Notes: generated from the sequence alone by a model not told the origin. A DNA stretch of 64,000 nucleotides from an uncultured Alphaproteobacteria bacterium (GCA_963756955.1 CAVWPU010000009.1:32434-96433); one strand, 5' to 3'; positions 1 through 11,464 are shown, counted from the first letter of the stretch. A program made the numbers and translations.

Positions 1-189
1 AGCGTGGTCCCAATTGGGTTCCCAATCCCAACGGCTCTGGATACGGCTGGCAAGATAAAAAGGGTGACGTGTCGGGTCCCGACTGGTAAAGCGGGTGCCA
101 TAGGAACAGGGACTACTGGCCCGGCGCATGGCGTACCGCATTGGGACGTGCAAACTCCGGGCGGAGGTTACAGGAATATCAAGCCATAG
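1..189 (+). CDS. 3' end of a polymorphic toxin, C-terminal toxin domain resembling Ntox37 (partial, frameshift near 72)
   Basis: Joining two frames gives RGPNWVPNPNGSGYGWQDKKGDV(W)VPTG...AHGVPHWDVQTPGGGYRNIKP*. The GW..G.VWVPTG and HG.PHWDVQ motifs are recognised from memory as Ntox37-like. A low-GC small gene follows. Confidence 0.6.
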   Translation, partial: SVVPIGFPIPTALDTAGKIKRVTCRVPTGKAGAIGTGTTGPAHGVPHWDVQTPGGGYRNIKP

Positions 190-201
190 AACGAATTCCC
201 T

Positions 202-503
202 GTGTTATACGATTATTGGCGCGGAATGTTCGATACTATGCGCAAGGAGACGAGGATGCTTTTTTCTTCTGGCTTAGTAGAATTCCTTGCGTCACTAATT
301 TTGATGCCGAACACGCGAATCTTTGGATAAATGTCTCAGTTGATGCGCTTGATGAGATGTGTCTGAGGGAGATGCTTGCTTTATTTTCATCGGTGATAAC
401 ATTGATATGAGATCGAGTTAAAGAATTTTGGATAAACCCGAATATTTCTACTTGGTTACACAACAAGAAAGCCTATTGGTACGAAAGGGTCTTTGTCAAA
501 TAA
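202..503 (+). CDS. probable immunity protein for the upstream toxin (frameshifted)
   Basis: Low-GC ORF directly after the toxin stop. It reads IRLLARNVRYYAQGDEDAFFFWLSRIPCV...CLREMLALF, then in another frame WLHNKKAYWYERVFVK* (TAA 501-503). Start approximate. Confidence 0.55.
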
Positions 504-759
504 ATATTCTTATTCGCAGCCTGATCTCCAAGTAGATAATAATGTTGTTTTACAGTACAATAATTGGGCAATGATGTTTCTTTTACGAGGCACCGTGGAT
601 CGCCCGCTGCGGCCCTTTCAGCTTGCGTACGTTCCTTGTCTGGTTTGCTGCTTGGCTTGTCGCCGGCGTTATCGGCGACGGGGGGATATAGCGACTATCG
701 ACCTGCGGCGCGTCGAGACGCGCCTCTCGTACAGGATGGGGCTCCTTCGCTTCCCGCCG

Positions 760-1254
760 ATTTTGCAATCGGCGACGGATGACGAGACGACGGATCCGGC
801 TCCCGCGGGCAGCCCGGCGCTGCTTGTGGCCGATCCTGGGGTGACGGCGCTATCGGGGCGGCTTTTGCAAGCGAGCGACGGGGCTCCCTTGAAGGGCGTG
901 GCCTTGCGGCTTGGATCGCATCGCACGGTCAGCGACGGCGACGGCCTTTTCCTGTTGCAGGGCGCGCCGGCCGGCTTTGGCGTGCTGATCATCGACGGGC
1001 GTCAGGGCCAAGCCCAGGGCGCGCCGGCGGCGGTCGATCATGGCGTCTATGAGGTGCGGGTGAAGGTCGAGGCCGGGCGCACGACCATGCTGCCCTTCGT
1101 CAGCTGGCTGCCCGTCATCGATCATTCGAGCGACGCGTCGCTGCCGGCCGTTCTGGACAAGGACGTCACTGTCACGAACGCCGCCCTGCCGGGCGTCGAG
1201 CTGCGCTTCCCGAAGGCCGACCTCCGTTCCCCGAGCCACCGACCTGGGCGATGA
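760..1254 (+). pseudogene. fragment of the N-terminal region of an RHS/YD-type protein (carboxypeptidase-regulatory-like Ig domain)
   Basis: GVTALSGRLL...GLFLLQGAPAG...LIIDGR...TMLPFVSWLPVID...VTNAALPGVELRFP, with GC-rich coding-like codon use. The similarity ends abruptly at ~1215 and there is no convincing start. Confidence 0.45.
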
Positions 1255-1441
1255 CGCTCATGGGGCTCACCGGGGTTGGGGTTTCTTTCGCCTTCGAACC
1301 CGCGCGACGAAACGGGCTTCGCTCGTCGCCTCGCAAGATCGGCGCGGGCCTGCGTCCTCTCCGGGCAGGCGCGCGTGAAAGCGCCTGGTCTGATCGCCGC
1401 CTAAGACGACCGACACCGCCAAGCACCGGAGTTAGGTGCAA

Positions 1442-1480
1442 CAATATATATATATGCATGTATACTATATATATATATTG
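1442..1480. repeat. (TA)n-rich perfect inverted repeat with 14-bp arms
   Basis: CAATATATATATAT (1442-1455) is the reverse complement of ATATATATATATTG (1467-1480), with an 11-nt spacer. Confidence 0.85.
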
Positions 1481-1509
1481 ACACCCACGTGGCGGCGGTT
1501 TCAATCTTT

Positions 1510-1578
1510 TTCGAGTTGCAGAAAAATGAGCTTAAGCCGTTGAAATCGCTTCGTCGCACGCAAAACCGTACACCGCGC
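1510..1578 (+). repeat. dispersed intergenic repeat, family A, copy 1
   Basis: 1510-1566 matches the reverse complement of 4584-4640 ungapped at 46/57 nt, first 27 nt identical. ACACCGCGC extends the match. Confidence 0.85.
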
Positions 1579-1648
1579 TAAGGCGTGGAATTTCCACCCG
1601 CCGGCCCTCAGGTTCGGCGACCTGCGCCGGCTCGCTGGGACCTGCGTG

Positions 1649-2505
1649 TCAGCTCAGCCGCTGCAACGCCGCGCGCGCTTCGCTGTTGTTCGGATTGGCG
1701 CGCCACCGCGCGCTGGTAGGATTCGACCGCCTTCGCGTGATTGTTCAGCTTCTCGTAGCAGAGGCCGAGGCCCGCCCAAGCTTCCGAATTGTTGGCGTTG
1801 ACGTTGAGCGCCGCGTTGAAGTCCTCGATCGCCGCGTCGTATTTGCCGGTCGCCATCAAACTCTGGCCCCGCGCCTGGTATGGCGCGCCAGCGAACGGGT
1901 CACGATCAATCGCATTGTTGAAATCGGTGATCGCCTGAACGTTGTCGCCCTGGCGCTGATAAATCAGGCCGCGCGCGTGGTAGGCCTGCGCGCCCTCCGG
2001 GTTCAGCCGGATCGCCTGGTTCAGGTCGTTGAGCGCGCCGGTGTAGTCGCCGTGCGAACGCTCGAGGTTGCCGCGCCCGAGATAGGCGGCCGCGTCGTTC
2101 GGATTGACGGTGATCGCCTGATTGAAGTCCTGCATCGCCAGATCGTCCTTCTTGGTCTGGCGATAGGCAAGCGCCCGGTTGGTGTAGGCGCCGGAGAAAT
2201 GCGGATCAAGCTCGATCGTGTGGCTGAAATCCTCGATCGCGTTCGAATATTTGCCGAGCTTGGCATAGACGACGCCCCGAGTGTTGTAGGCGGCGGCGTC
2301 ACGTGGATTGCGCTGGATGACGTCGGTAAGGGAGGCGATATTGCCGGCGTTGGAGGCCTGAGCCGCCGGTTCGGCGTCGACCTCCGCCACATGCGTCGTC
2401 GGGTTGAACCCGCCGAGCGTTTCGCTGCACGCCGCAAGCGTCAGCGCGAGCGCCGCTAAGCCGCGCCCGCGCCAAAACGCTCCTAGATCTCGATCGGTCC
2501 ATCAT
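1649..2505 (-). CDS. tetratricopeptide repeat lipoprotein (frameshifted at both ends)
   Basis: Consecutive TPR motifs (AYNTRG, AYTNRA, AYLGRG, AYHARG, PYQARG). The reconstructed N-terminus has a lipobox LTLAAC. Reconstructed stop at 1649. Confidence 0.85.
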
Positions 2506-2666
2506 TTCGCGCCAACATCCGCGGCGACCGCAGAGGCCAGCGCGGAACGAGCGCCTTGATCGATGATATGCAAGGCCAATTCAAAACCCCGCCGCTCAGC
2601 GTCCACGGGCGCTAAACGCCGAAGTCCTACGCCGCAATATCCCGGTCAGCACTAAGCCTGCGCCAA

Positions 2667-2921
2667 TCAGCCTGGCGACGACCGCGGCGCCCCGGGGACC
2701 GGCTTCGGCTTCATCGGAAGCAGGCCCTCGCGCTGCAACTTCTTGCGAGCGAGCTTGCGCGCGCGCCGAACCGCTTCCGCCTTCTCGCGCGCCCGCTTCT
2801 CGGAGGGCTTCTCGTAATGTCCGCGAAGCTTCATTTCGCGGAAAATTCCCTCGCGCTGCATTTTCTTCTTGAGGGCCTTGAGGGCCTGATCGACATTGTT
2901 GTCGCGAACGAGTACCTGCAC
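2667..2921 (-). CDS. rpsU: 30S ribosomal protein S21
   Basis: [41 protein letters not shown]. Confidence 0.98.
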   Translation of the reverse strand: MQVLVRDNNVDQALKALKKKMQREGIFREMKLRGHYEKPSEKRAREKAEAVRRARKLARKKLQREGLLPMKPKPVPGAPRSSPG

Positions 2922-3126
2922 GGACTATCCTGTATTTTGAGGCTGGGCCTCGAAAAGATCCGAAAATTGGCGCGCAAGCTCCGCTGACACCGGCGGTGCG
3001 CAAGTTGCGCGGCGTTTACCAGACGAGGCTATTTCTTGTCCAGAGCGCCTTGCGTCCGCGGCCAATAGCGCGGTTCCCTTGTCGCATCCAGCATGGCATA
3101 GAACAGTCAAGTCAGGATCCTTTGCG

Positions 3127-3342
3127 ATGAACAGATTTGAGCGGCGTCCCGTCGACACGGGCGAAGCGAAGATTGAATTTCTGGACGGCGATTTTCGCAT
3201 CCTCCGTCCGGGGGCCTTCGTCCGCTGCGCCGTGACCGGCGAGCCGATCCCTCTCGACGAATTACGCTACTGGAGCGTGGACCGCCAGGAGGCTTACGCC
3301 ACTCCGGCCGCCTCGATGAAGCGAGAGTGCGAGCGCCGCTAG
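3127..3342 (+). CDS. DUF2093 family protein
   Basis: MNRFERR...EAKIEFLDGDFRILRPGAFVRCAVTGEPIPLDELRYWSVDRQEAY. Confidence 0.8.
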   Translation: MNRFERRPVDTGEAKIEFLDGDFRILRPGAFVRCAVTGEPIPLDELRYWSVDRQEAYATPAASMKRECERR

Positions 3343-3366
3343 CCGAATCGGTCGCTTCGACATCCG

Positions 3367-4405
3367 TCATCGGATTGGCGGGGCATATTGAATGCCGCCG
3401 GCGCTCCACAATTGATTGAGACCGCGCGGAATGGCGAGCGGGGTTTTCGCGCCAAGGTTGCGCTCGAAGACTTCGCCGTAATTGCCGACATATCGGATGA
3501 TGTTCGCCGCCCAGGCGTTGGTCAGCCCGATCTCTTCGCCAAAATCTCCGCTCGTGCCGACCAGGCGCTTGACCTCGGGCTTCTGGGACCTCAGCGCCTG
3601 ATCGATGGTCCGCGAACTGACCCCAAGCTCCTCGGCGTTAACCATGGCGAAATAGACCCATCTCACGACGACTTATCCATTGCAGGTCATTGTCGCGCAC
3701 CACCGGGCCGAGGGGCTCTTTCGAGATCACATCCGGCAAAATCAGCTGATCCCTCGGCTTGGCCAGGCGGAGACGCAACGCATAGAGCTGGGAGAGATCG
3801 CTCGTCAGGACCGAGCAGAGACCAGCGTCGTAATTCTTGATCGACTCGTCGGTCGATGAGGAGACGACCTCCTGGAGCGTCATGCCGTTGCTGCTGAAGA
3901 AGTCGGCGAGATTGTCGATGGTCGTGGTGCCGCTCTGCACGCACACCTTGGCGCCGTCGAGCTGGAGCGCCGAATTGATCTGCAGCGCGCGCGGGACCAT
4001 GAATCCCTGCCCGTCGTAATAGGTGGCGCCGACGAAGGTCAGGCCGAACTCGATTTCGCGCCCCATCGTCCAGGTGGAGTTGCGCGCGAGAACGTCGATT
4101 TTGCCGTCCCTAAGCGCCTGAAACCGGGCGTCCGCCGACAGCGGCTCGAGCTTAACCTTCTTGGGATCGCCAAAGACGGCGGCCGCGATCGCACGGCAGA
4201 AGTCGACGTCAAATCCTGTCCACACCCCGCGTTCGTCGACGTTGGAAAACCCGGGCAACCCCTCGTTGACCCCGCAGAGCAACGATCCGCGCGCCTTGAC
4301 CGCCGTCAAGGTCGGCGACGACCCGGCCGAATGAGCGAGGCCGGTTATCAGCAAAGACAAACGCCGCGACGGCCCATCGCAGCGTCGCCCGTCCCAGCCC
4401 CTCAA
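3367..4405 (-). CDS. general L-amino acid ABC transporter substrate-binding protein, AapJ/BztA-like (frameshift ~3665)
   Basis: GFDVDFCRAIAAA, DVLARNSTWT, YYDGQGFMV, ISKEPLGPVVR and C-terminal VGNYGEVFERNLG...GIQYAPPIR. Start approximate. Confidence 0.88.
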
Positions 4406-4571
4406 GTCGGCGCGGTCGATCCATTCGGAAGCTCACCGTTGGCGCTTCCCGTGACATTAACCGAGGACGAGGCTTGAGAAAACCGCGACGGATGGAATCG
4501 CCAGGCGCTCCATCCAGCCGCAGAGGCGACCCGGCGTTCCGCAGACGCGAACGGCAGATTGTCCGCCAGCG

Positions 4572-4640
4572 GCGCGGTGTTCAGTTTTGCGCACGACTCA
4601 ATCTTTTCAGCTACTTAAGCTCATTTTTCTGCAACTCGAA
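4572..4640 (-). repeat. dispersed intergenic repeat, family A, copy 2
   Basis: Inverted homologue of 1510-1578. Confidence 0.85.
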
Positions 4641-4790
4641 GCGACTGAACCATTGGCCGCGCGGCCTCGTCCCGATTCCCCTTGCAATGCCCGCAGAGAT
4701 AGTTCATATATGAACCTTATTTCGGCGAACTATGCGCGCGTATGCGTCCCCGCTCTAGGGCGCGCTTTCCGTTTTCTGTTGGAGACGACG

Positions 4791-6582
4791 ATGCCGACTT
4801 ACAAGGCGCCGGTGAGCGACACCGTCTTTCTGCTGAGCGATGTGTTCGACTACGCCAAATACGCGAACAGCCCCGGCTTCTCCGAGGCGCCGATCGACGT
4901 CGTCGAGGCGGTTCTCAGCGAAGGCGCGAAATTCGTCGAGGAGGTCATTCAGCCGCTCAACCGCGTCGGCGACATCGAGGGCTGCAAGCGCCACGACGAC
5001 GGCAGCGTGACCACCCCCAAGGGTTTCAAGCAGGCTTATAAGGCCCTGGTCGAGGGCGGCTGGGTCGGCCTGGCGGGCGATCCTGACTTTGGCGGTCAGG
5101 GCCTGCCGATGTTCGTCGGCGCCCTATTCGGCGAATACGAGTGCTCCGCCAATATCGCCTTCTCGATGTATCCGGGCCTCACCCGCGGCGCGGTCGCGGC
5201 GCTGACGGCGCACGGCAGCGATGACCTCAAGGCGCGCTATCTGCCGAAAATGACGGCTGGCGAGTGGACCGGCACGATGAACCTGACCGAACCGCATTGC
5301 GGCACCGATCTCGGCCTCATCAAGACGAAGGCCGTCCCGCAAGCGGACGGCTCCTACGCGATCACCGGCCAGAAGATTTTCATCTCGGCCGGCGAGCACG
5401 ATCTGACCGACAACATCGTTCATCTCGTGCTCGCGCGCATTGAAGGCGCGCCAGCCGGCACGAAGGGCATCTCGCTTTTCCTCGTGCCGAAGTTCCTGCC
5501 GGACGCCGATGGCGCCGCCTGGCGAACGCAACGGCGTCGTCTGCGGCTCGATCGAGCACAAGATGGGCATTCACGGCAATTCGACCGCGGTCCTCAACTA
5601 TGACGGCGCCAAAGGCTGGCTGGTCGGCGAGGAGCATCGCGGCTTGCCCGCGATGTTCGTGATGATGAACGGCGCCCGGCTTGGCGTCGCCGTCCAGGGT
5701 CTCGGGATTTCCGAGGTCGCCTATCAGAACGCCGCGGCCTACGCGAAGGAGCGCCGTCAGGGTCGCTCTCTGAAGGGCGCGGCCGAGCCCGACAAGGCCG
5801 CCGACCTCCTCCTGGTCCACCCGGACGTGCGGCGCATGCTGCTCGAAATCCGCGCCTTCAACGAAGCCGCGCGCGCGCTTCTGGTCTGGACCGCGCTTGC
5901 CGAGGACGAGTCGCGCCACGCTCCGGATGCGAAGACAAGGCAGACGGCCGACGATCGGCTTGGCTTGATCACGCCCGTGCTCAAGGGCGTGTTCACCGAT
6001 TATGGATTCGCCAACGCGGTCAAGGCGCAGCAGGTGCTCGGCGGCCACGGCTATATCGCCGAATGGGGCATGGAGCAGTTCGTGCGCGACGCGCGCATCG
6101 CCATGATCTACGAAGGCGCGAACGGCGTGCAGGCGCTTGATCTCGTCGGCCGCAAGCTGGCGAAGGACGGCGGGCGCGCGATCATGGCGTTCTTCGGCGA
6201 AATCAATGGCTTCCTCGCCGCCAACAAGGATGACGCGGCGCTCGCGCCTTACCTCGACGGCCTCAAGTCCTCGCTCGGTCATCTCCAGCAAGCGACGATG
6301 TGGCTCTCGGCCAACGGCCTCAAGAATCCGGACAACGCCGGGGCCGGCTCCTACGACTATATGCACCTCATGGGCCTGACCGCGCTCGGCTACATGTGGG
6401 CGCGGATCGTCAAGGCGGTGCTGGCTCGACAGGCGAACTCGGAGAGCACGCCCGCTCTTGATGCCAAATTGACCCTCGCCAAGTTCTTCAACGAGCGTAT
6501 GCTGCCGGAAACGGCGGCGCATCTGGCGCGGCTCAGCGCCGGCGCGGAAGCGCTCATGGCGCTTCCGGCAGAGGCGTTCTGA
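4791..6582 (+). CDS. acyl-CoA dehydrogenase (frameshift ~5515)
   Basis: MPTYKAP, GTMNLTEPHCGTDLG, GQKIFISAGEHD, IEHKMGIHGNST, QVLGGHGYIAEWG, IYEGANGVQALDL. Confidence 0.93.
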
Positions 6583-6610
6583 AAGCGCGTTTCCAGGGAG
6601 GTTAAGGGCG

Positions 6611-7078
6611 ATGGCGATCGATGCGGCGGCTGGCTTGGCGGGAGGTTGCCAGTGCGGCGCCGTGCGCTATCGCCTCATCGGCGAGCCGACCGGCGCCAAC
6701 ATCTGCCACTGCCGAATGTGCCAGAAGGCGAGCGGCGGTCCGTTCATGGCCTTCGCCGGCGTGCGGCTCTCGGAATTCGTCGTCACCAGCGGCGCAATCG
6801 CGACCTTCTCGAGTTCGGACATCGCCAAGCGCGGCTTCTGCGCGCGATGCGGCACACCGCTGACCTATGAGGGCGTGGGCAGCGACCACATCAGCGTCAC
6901 GCTCGGCAGCCTCGATGATCCCGGCGCGGTCGAGCCCCGGACGCAGCTTGGCGTCGAATCGAGGGTCAGCTGGCTTGACCGTTCCCTGAGCCTGCCCGAG
7001 ATTCGCACGGAGCAATGGCTGGCGAAGAAGAAGATCGCGGCCGTCCATAACCATCAACACCCAGATCACCAGACCTGA
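6611..7078 (+). CDS. GFA family protein (CENP-V/GFA Zn-binding)
   Basis: GGCQCGAVRY, CHCRMCQK, RGFCARCGTPL. Confidence 0.9.
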   Translation: MAIDAAAGLAGGCQCGAVRYRLIGEPTGANICHCRMCQKASGGPFMAFAGVRLSEFVVTSGAIATFSSSDIAKRGFCARCGTPLTYEGVGSDHISVTLGSLDDPGAVEPRTQLGVESRVSWLDRSLSLPEIRTEQWLAKKKIAAVHNHQHPDHQT

Positions 7079-7116
7079 CGAAGCATCGCGGCCCGCGAGC
7101 CGCATGGAGAGACACG

Positions 7117-8327
7117 ATGACCGAAGCCATCATCTACGACCACGTGCGAACGCCGCGCGGGCGCGGCAAACCGGACGGCTCGCTGCATACCGCGTCCACG
7201 CTCCATTTGGCCGCGACGGCTTTGAAGGCGATCAAGGATCGCAACCATCTCGATCCCGTTGATGTCGACGACGTGGTGATGGGCTGCGTCGATCCGGTCG
7301 GCGAAGCCGGCGGCGACATCGCGCGCATGGGCGCGCTCGCTGCGGGCTTCGGCGACACGGTGCCCGGGCGTGCAGATCAACCGGTTCTGCGCGTCGGGCC
7401 TCGATTCGGTCAATTTCGCCGCCGCGCAGGTGATGAGCGGCCAGCACGAGCTGACGATCGGCGGCGGCGTCGAATCGATGAGCCGCGTCGGCATCGGCGC
7501 GTCGGGCGGCGCATGGCCGGCGGATCCGTCGCTGGCGATCCCCGCCTATTTCATGCCGCAGGGCGTCTCGGCCGACCTCATCGCGACAAAGTACGGCTTC
7601 TCGCGCGACGACGTCGACGCTTACGCGGTCGAATTGCAGAAGCGCGCCGCGGCGGCCTGGAAGGACGGCCGGTTCAAGAACTCGATCGCGCCGGTCCTCG
7701 ACGTCAACGGCCTGCCGATGCTCGAGCATGACGAGCACATGCGCCCGAGCACGGACATGCAGTCGCTGGCGTCCCTCAAGCCTTCGTTCGTGATGGTTGG
7801 CGAGCAAGGCGGCTTCGACGCGGTCGCCGTTCAGGCGCATCCGGATGTCGAGCGCATCATCCACGTTCATCACGCCGGCAATTCGTCGGGCATCGTCGAC
7901 GGCGCCGCCGCGGTGCTCTTGGGCTCGCGCGAAGCGGGCGCGAAAGCGGGCCTCAAGCCGCGCGGCAAAAATCCGCGCTTTCGCCAATATCGGCTCCGAG
8001 CCGGCGATCATGCTGACCGGACCGGTCGACGTGACGAAGAAGGTGCTCGCGCGCTCGGGCATGTCGATCGACGACATCGACCTCTTCGAAATCAACGAGG
8101 CTTTCGCTTCGGTCGTGCTGCGCTTCCGCCAGGCGTTCGACCTCGACGACAGCAAGGTCAACGTCAACGGCGGCGCGATCGCGATGGGCCATCCGCTCGG
8201 CGCGACCGGCGCGATGATCCTCGGCACCGCGCTCGACGAACTCGAGCGCACCGGCAAGAGCACGGCGCTCATCACCTTGTGCATCGGCGGCGGCATGGGC
8301 ACCGCGACGATCATCGAGCGCGTCTGA
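7117..8327 (+). CDS. acetyl-CoA C-acyltransferase (thiolase), frameshifts ~7369 and ~7965
   Basis: [17 protein letters not shown] (catalytic Cys), [42 protein letters not shown]. Confidence 0.93.
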
Positions 8328-8349
8328 TCGCGAGACGGAGTTTTTCAAC

Positions 8350-10563
8350 ATGAACCTGACCAACTTTCGTTTCGAAACCGACGCCGACGGCGATCGCGCT
8401 TGTGACCTGGGATATGCCGGGCCGTTCGATGAACGTGATCAACACCGAGGTCGTCGGCGAACTCGGCCAGATCACCGACACGATCGCAAGCGACGCAGCG
8501 ATCAAGGGCGCTGTCTTCACCTCGGGCAAGGATGGCTTCGCGGCGGGCGCCGACCTGACGATGCTCGAGACCGCGGGCCAGCGAATACGCGCGCCGCGCC
8601 AAGGCCGACGGCAAGGACGCGGCGATGCGCGCTCTTCGTCGATGGGACGAAGCAACTGTCGCTCGTCTACCGCCGGCTCGAAACCTGCGGCAAGCCGGTC
8701 GCCGCGGCGATCAATGGCGTCTGCATGGGCGGCGGTTTCGAACTGGCGCTGGCGTGCCACTATCGCATCGTCGCCGACAACGACAAGGCGCGCGTCGGAC
8801 TGCCGGAGATCAAGGTCGGGCTCTTTCCCGGCGGCGGCGGCACGCAGCGCGTCGCGCGGCTCATGCCAACGCCGGACGCTCTGCAGATGCTGCTCAAGGG
8901 CGACCAGATCCGCCCGGCTGCGGCGAAGAAGATGGGCCTCGTCCACGAGGTCGCGCCCGCCGATCAGATCGTTGCGCTCGCCAAGGCCTGGGTGAAGGCG
9001 AACCCAAACGCCAAGGCGCCCTGGGACGATCCGAAATTCAAGCTCCCGTCGGGCAAGGTGTTCTCGCCCGCGGGCATGATGATCTGGCCGCCGGCCAACG
9101 CCATCTACCGCCGCGAAACTTATGACAATTATCCCGCAGCCAAGGCGGTCCTGACGAGCGTGTTCGAAGGCCTGCAACTGCCGATGGACCTCGCGCTCGC
9201 CGGTCGAGAGCCAAGCATTTCGTCAATATCCTGTTGTCGAAGGAAGCCGCGGCGATGATCCGCTCGCTCTTCCTTTCGATGGGCGAACTGAACAAGGGCG
9301 CGCGCCGCCCAGCCAATGTTCCGGCGACGAAGCTTGCGCAAGATCGGCGTGCTCGGCGCAGGTCTGATGGGCGCCGGCATCGCCTATGTTTCGGCGAACG
9401 CCGGACTCGAAGTCGTGCTGATCGACCGCGACCAGGAATCGGCCGACAAGGGCAAAGCCTATTCGGACAAGCTCATCAGCTCGCAGATCGCCAAGGGCCG
9501 CGCCAAGACCGCCGACAAGGAGGCGCTGCTCGCCCGCATCACGCCGACGGGAGATTACGCCGCGCTCAAGGGCTGCGATCTCATCATCGAGGCGGTGTTC
9601 GAGGATCGCGCGGTCAAGGAGGAGGCGACAAAGAAGGCGCAGGCAGTCGTCGGCCCCGACGTCGTGTTCGCCAGCAACACCTCGACCCTGCCGATCAGCT
9701 CGCTCGCCGGGACATCGCTGAAGCCCGAGCATTTCATCGGCGTGCATTTCTTCTCGCCCGTCGAGAAGATGATGCTGACCGAGATCATCATGGGCGAGAA
9801 AACCGGCGCGAAGGCGCTCGCGACGGCGATGGATTTCGTCCGCGCGATCAAGAAGACGCCGATCGTCGTCAACGATTGCCGCGGTTTCTACGTCAACCGC
9901 TGCGTCGGCAATTACATGGTCGAAGCGCATGCGATGGTGATGGAAGGCGTGCCGCCGGCGATGATCGAGAACGCCGCCAAGATGGCCGGCATGCCGGTCG
10001 GGCCGCTGGCGCTCAACGACGAAGTCGGCATCGATCTGAGCTGGAGGATCCTTCAGGCGGCCAAGAAGGATCTTGGCGCGAACGCCATCGATCCTGCCCA
10101 GGAGAAGCTCATCGAAGCGATGGTGGCCAAGGAGGGGCGCTTCGGCCGCAAGAACGGCAAGGGCTTCTACGATTATCCGGCGAACGGGCCGAAGAGCCTC
10201 TGGCCTGGGCTTGCCAAGATCGTCGGCAAGCGGCTCGATCCCGACACCCTCAGCGTCAAGGATCTCAAGGATCGCTTTCTGTTCACCGTGGCGCTCGAGG
10301 CCGCGCGCTGCATGGATGAGGGCATCGTCACCGATCCGCGCGAGGCCGACGTCGGCTCGATCCTCGGCTTCGGCTATGCGCCCTATTCAGGCGGCGCGCT
10401 GTCATTCATCGACGGCATGGGGCTCAAGGCGTTCGTCGCCCGCGCGAAAGAACTCGCGGCGAAATATGGGCCGCAATTCGAGCCAAGCGCGAAACTCGTC
10501 CAGATGGCCGAGCGCGGCGAGACGTTCTACGGGACCTATGGCGAAAGGCAGAAGGCGGCGTGA
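8350..10563 (+). CDS. multifunctional enoyl-CoA hydratase / 3-hydroxyacyl-CoA dehydrogenase, FadB/FadJ-like (several frameshifts)
   Basis: Crotonase motifs GGGFELALAC and GLPEIKVGLFPGGGG; dehydrogenase motifs GAGLMGAGIA, IIEAVFED, ASNTSTLPI, HFFSPVEKM. Confidence 0.93.
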
Positions 10564-10577
10564 GGGATCTGGCCTCG

Positions 10578-10604
10578 CTAGCACTCAATGAAATTGGCTG
10601 CTAA
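10578..10604 (+). promoter_or_regulatory. CIRCE-like inverted repeat (HrcA operator)
   Basis: CTAGCACTC-N9-GGCTGCTAA versus the consensus TTAGCACTC-N9-GAGTGCTAA; upstream of usg. Confidence 0.55.
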
Positions 10605-10614
10605 CAGACTGATT

Positions 10615-10630
10615 TGGCACGACTTTTGCG
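10615..10630 (+). promoter_or_regulatory. sigma54 (-24/-12) promoter
   Basis: TGGCACGACTTTTGCG with exact GG-N10-GC spacing, ~65 nt before the usg ATG. Confidence 0.6.
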
Positions 10631-10696
10631 GAACGCACGATTGCCAGGACGCGTTGGAGATGACACCATCGTCCTTAGGGAATCAGGAGAATCCGC

Positions 10697-10966
10697 ATGG
10701 CCACCGCCGATTTTCGCCGTCAGCTCGAGGGGTTTGGCCTGACGACGGCCAACATCCTTTATCACATGCCCGATCACCCGGATATCCTGCAGAACTACAT
10801 CTGGCAGCAGCACGACCTGCATCCGCATTTTCCTGAGCTCAAGAAATTCCTCGACTTTTGGACGCGCGAACTCGACGGTTTGCTCCACTCAGTAACTGTG
10901 GCCCATACGCGACTCATCAAGCCTGCGGAATTCAAGGCGGTCGGCGCGGAGTTTCGGCTGAACTGA
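10697..10966 (+). CDS. usg: Usg family protein
   Basis: GFGLTTANILYHMPDHPDILQNYIWQQHDLHPHFPELKKFLDFWTRELDGLLHSVTVAH; Shine-Dalgarno AGGAG. Confidence 0.9.
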   Translation: MATADFRRQLEGFGLTTANILYHMPDHPDILQNYIWQQHDLHPHFPELKKFLDFWTRELDGLLHSVTVAHTRLIKPAEFKAVGAEFRLN

Positions 10967-11374
10967 GCCACGCGATCGACGGAGCCTACGTGGCCTCGAC
11001 TGGGCAAGGGCTATGGGTGCACGACGAGTATCTTTTTAAGCAGGTCGACGAAGACCCTTGCCAGCCGCGCGGAACGGCGATGGAAGGCGAGGCGCCGCGC
11101 GCGCAGGGCGAGTTCCGCCGGCGCTCAAGCCTCTCGCAATAGGCTCGCGACAGCCCGCCACGTTCCCCTAAGTCCGGGCTGCCGCAGTTATCGCGGTGGG
11201 CGTGCAGTGTTTCGCGCGCCCTCCTCGCGATCATCGCGGCGCGTGTTCCACCGGATGCCCCCAGTACGAGGTGAACCTTGCGCGACGTTCGCCGTTTGAG
11301 CGAGCGGACTTGCTTGCACCCGCGCCACGTCCGGTGCTATCGCGGCCTCCGGTCTTCATGTGCGGAGTATGTTT

Positions 11375-11464
11375 GGAGGGGTGGCCGAGTGGTTGAAGGC
11401 GCACGCCTGGAAAGTGTGTATGCGGGAAACCGTATCGCGGGTTCGAATCCCGCCCCCTCCGCCA
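11375..11464 (+). tRNA. tRNA-Ser(GGA)
   Basis: GGAGGGGTGGCCGAGTGG...CT GGA AA...GGTTCGAATCC...CCGCCA; 90 nt, long variable arm. Confidence 0.96.
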
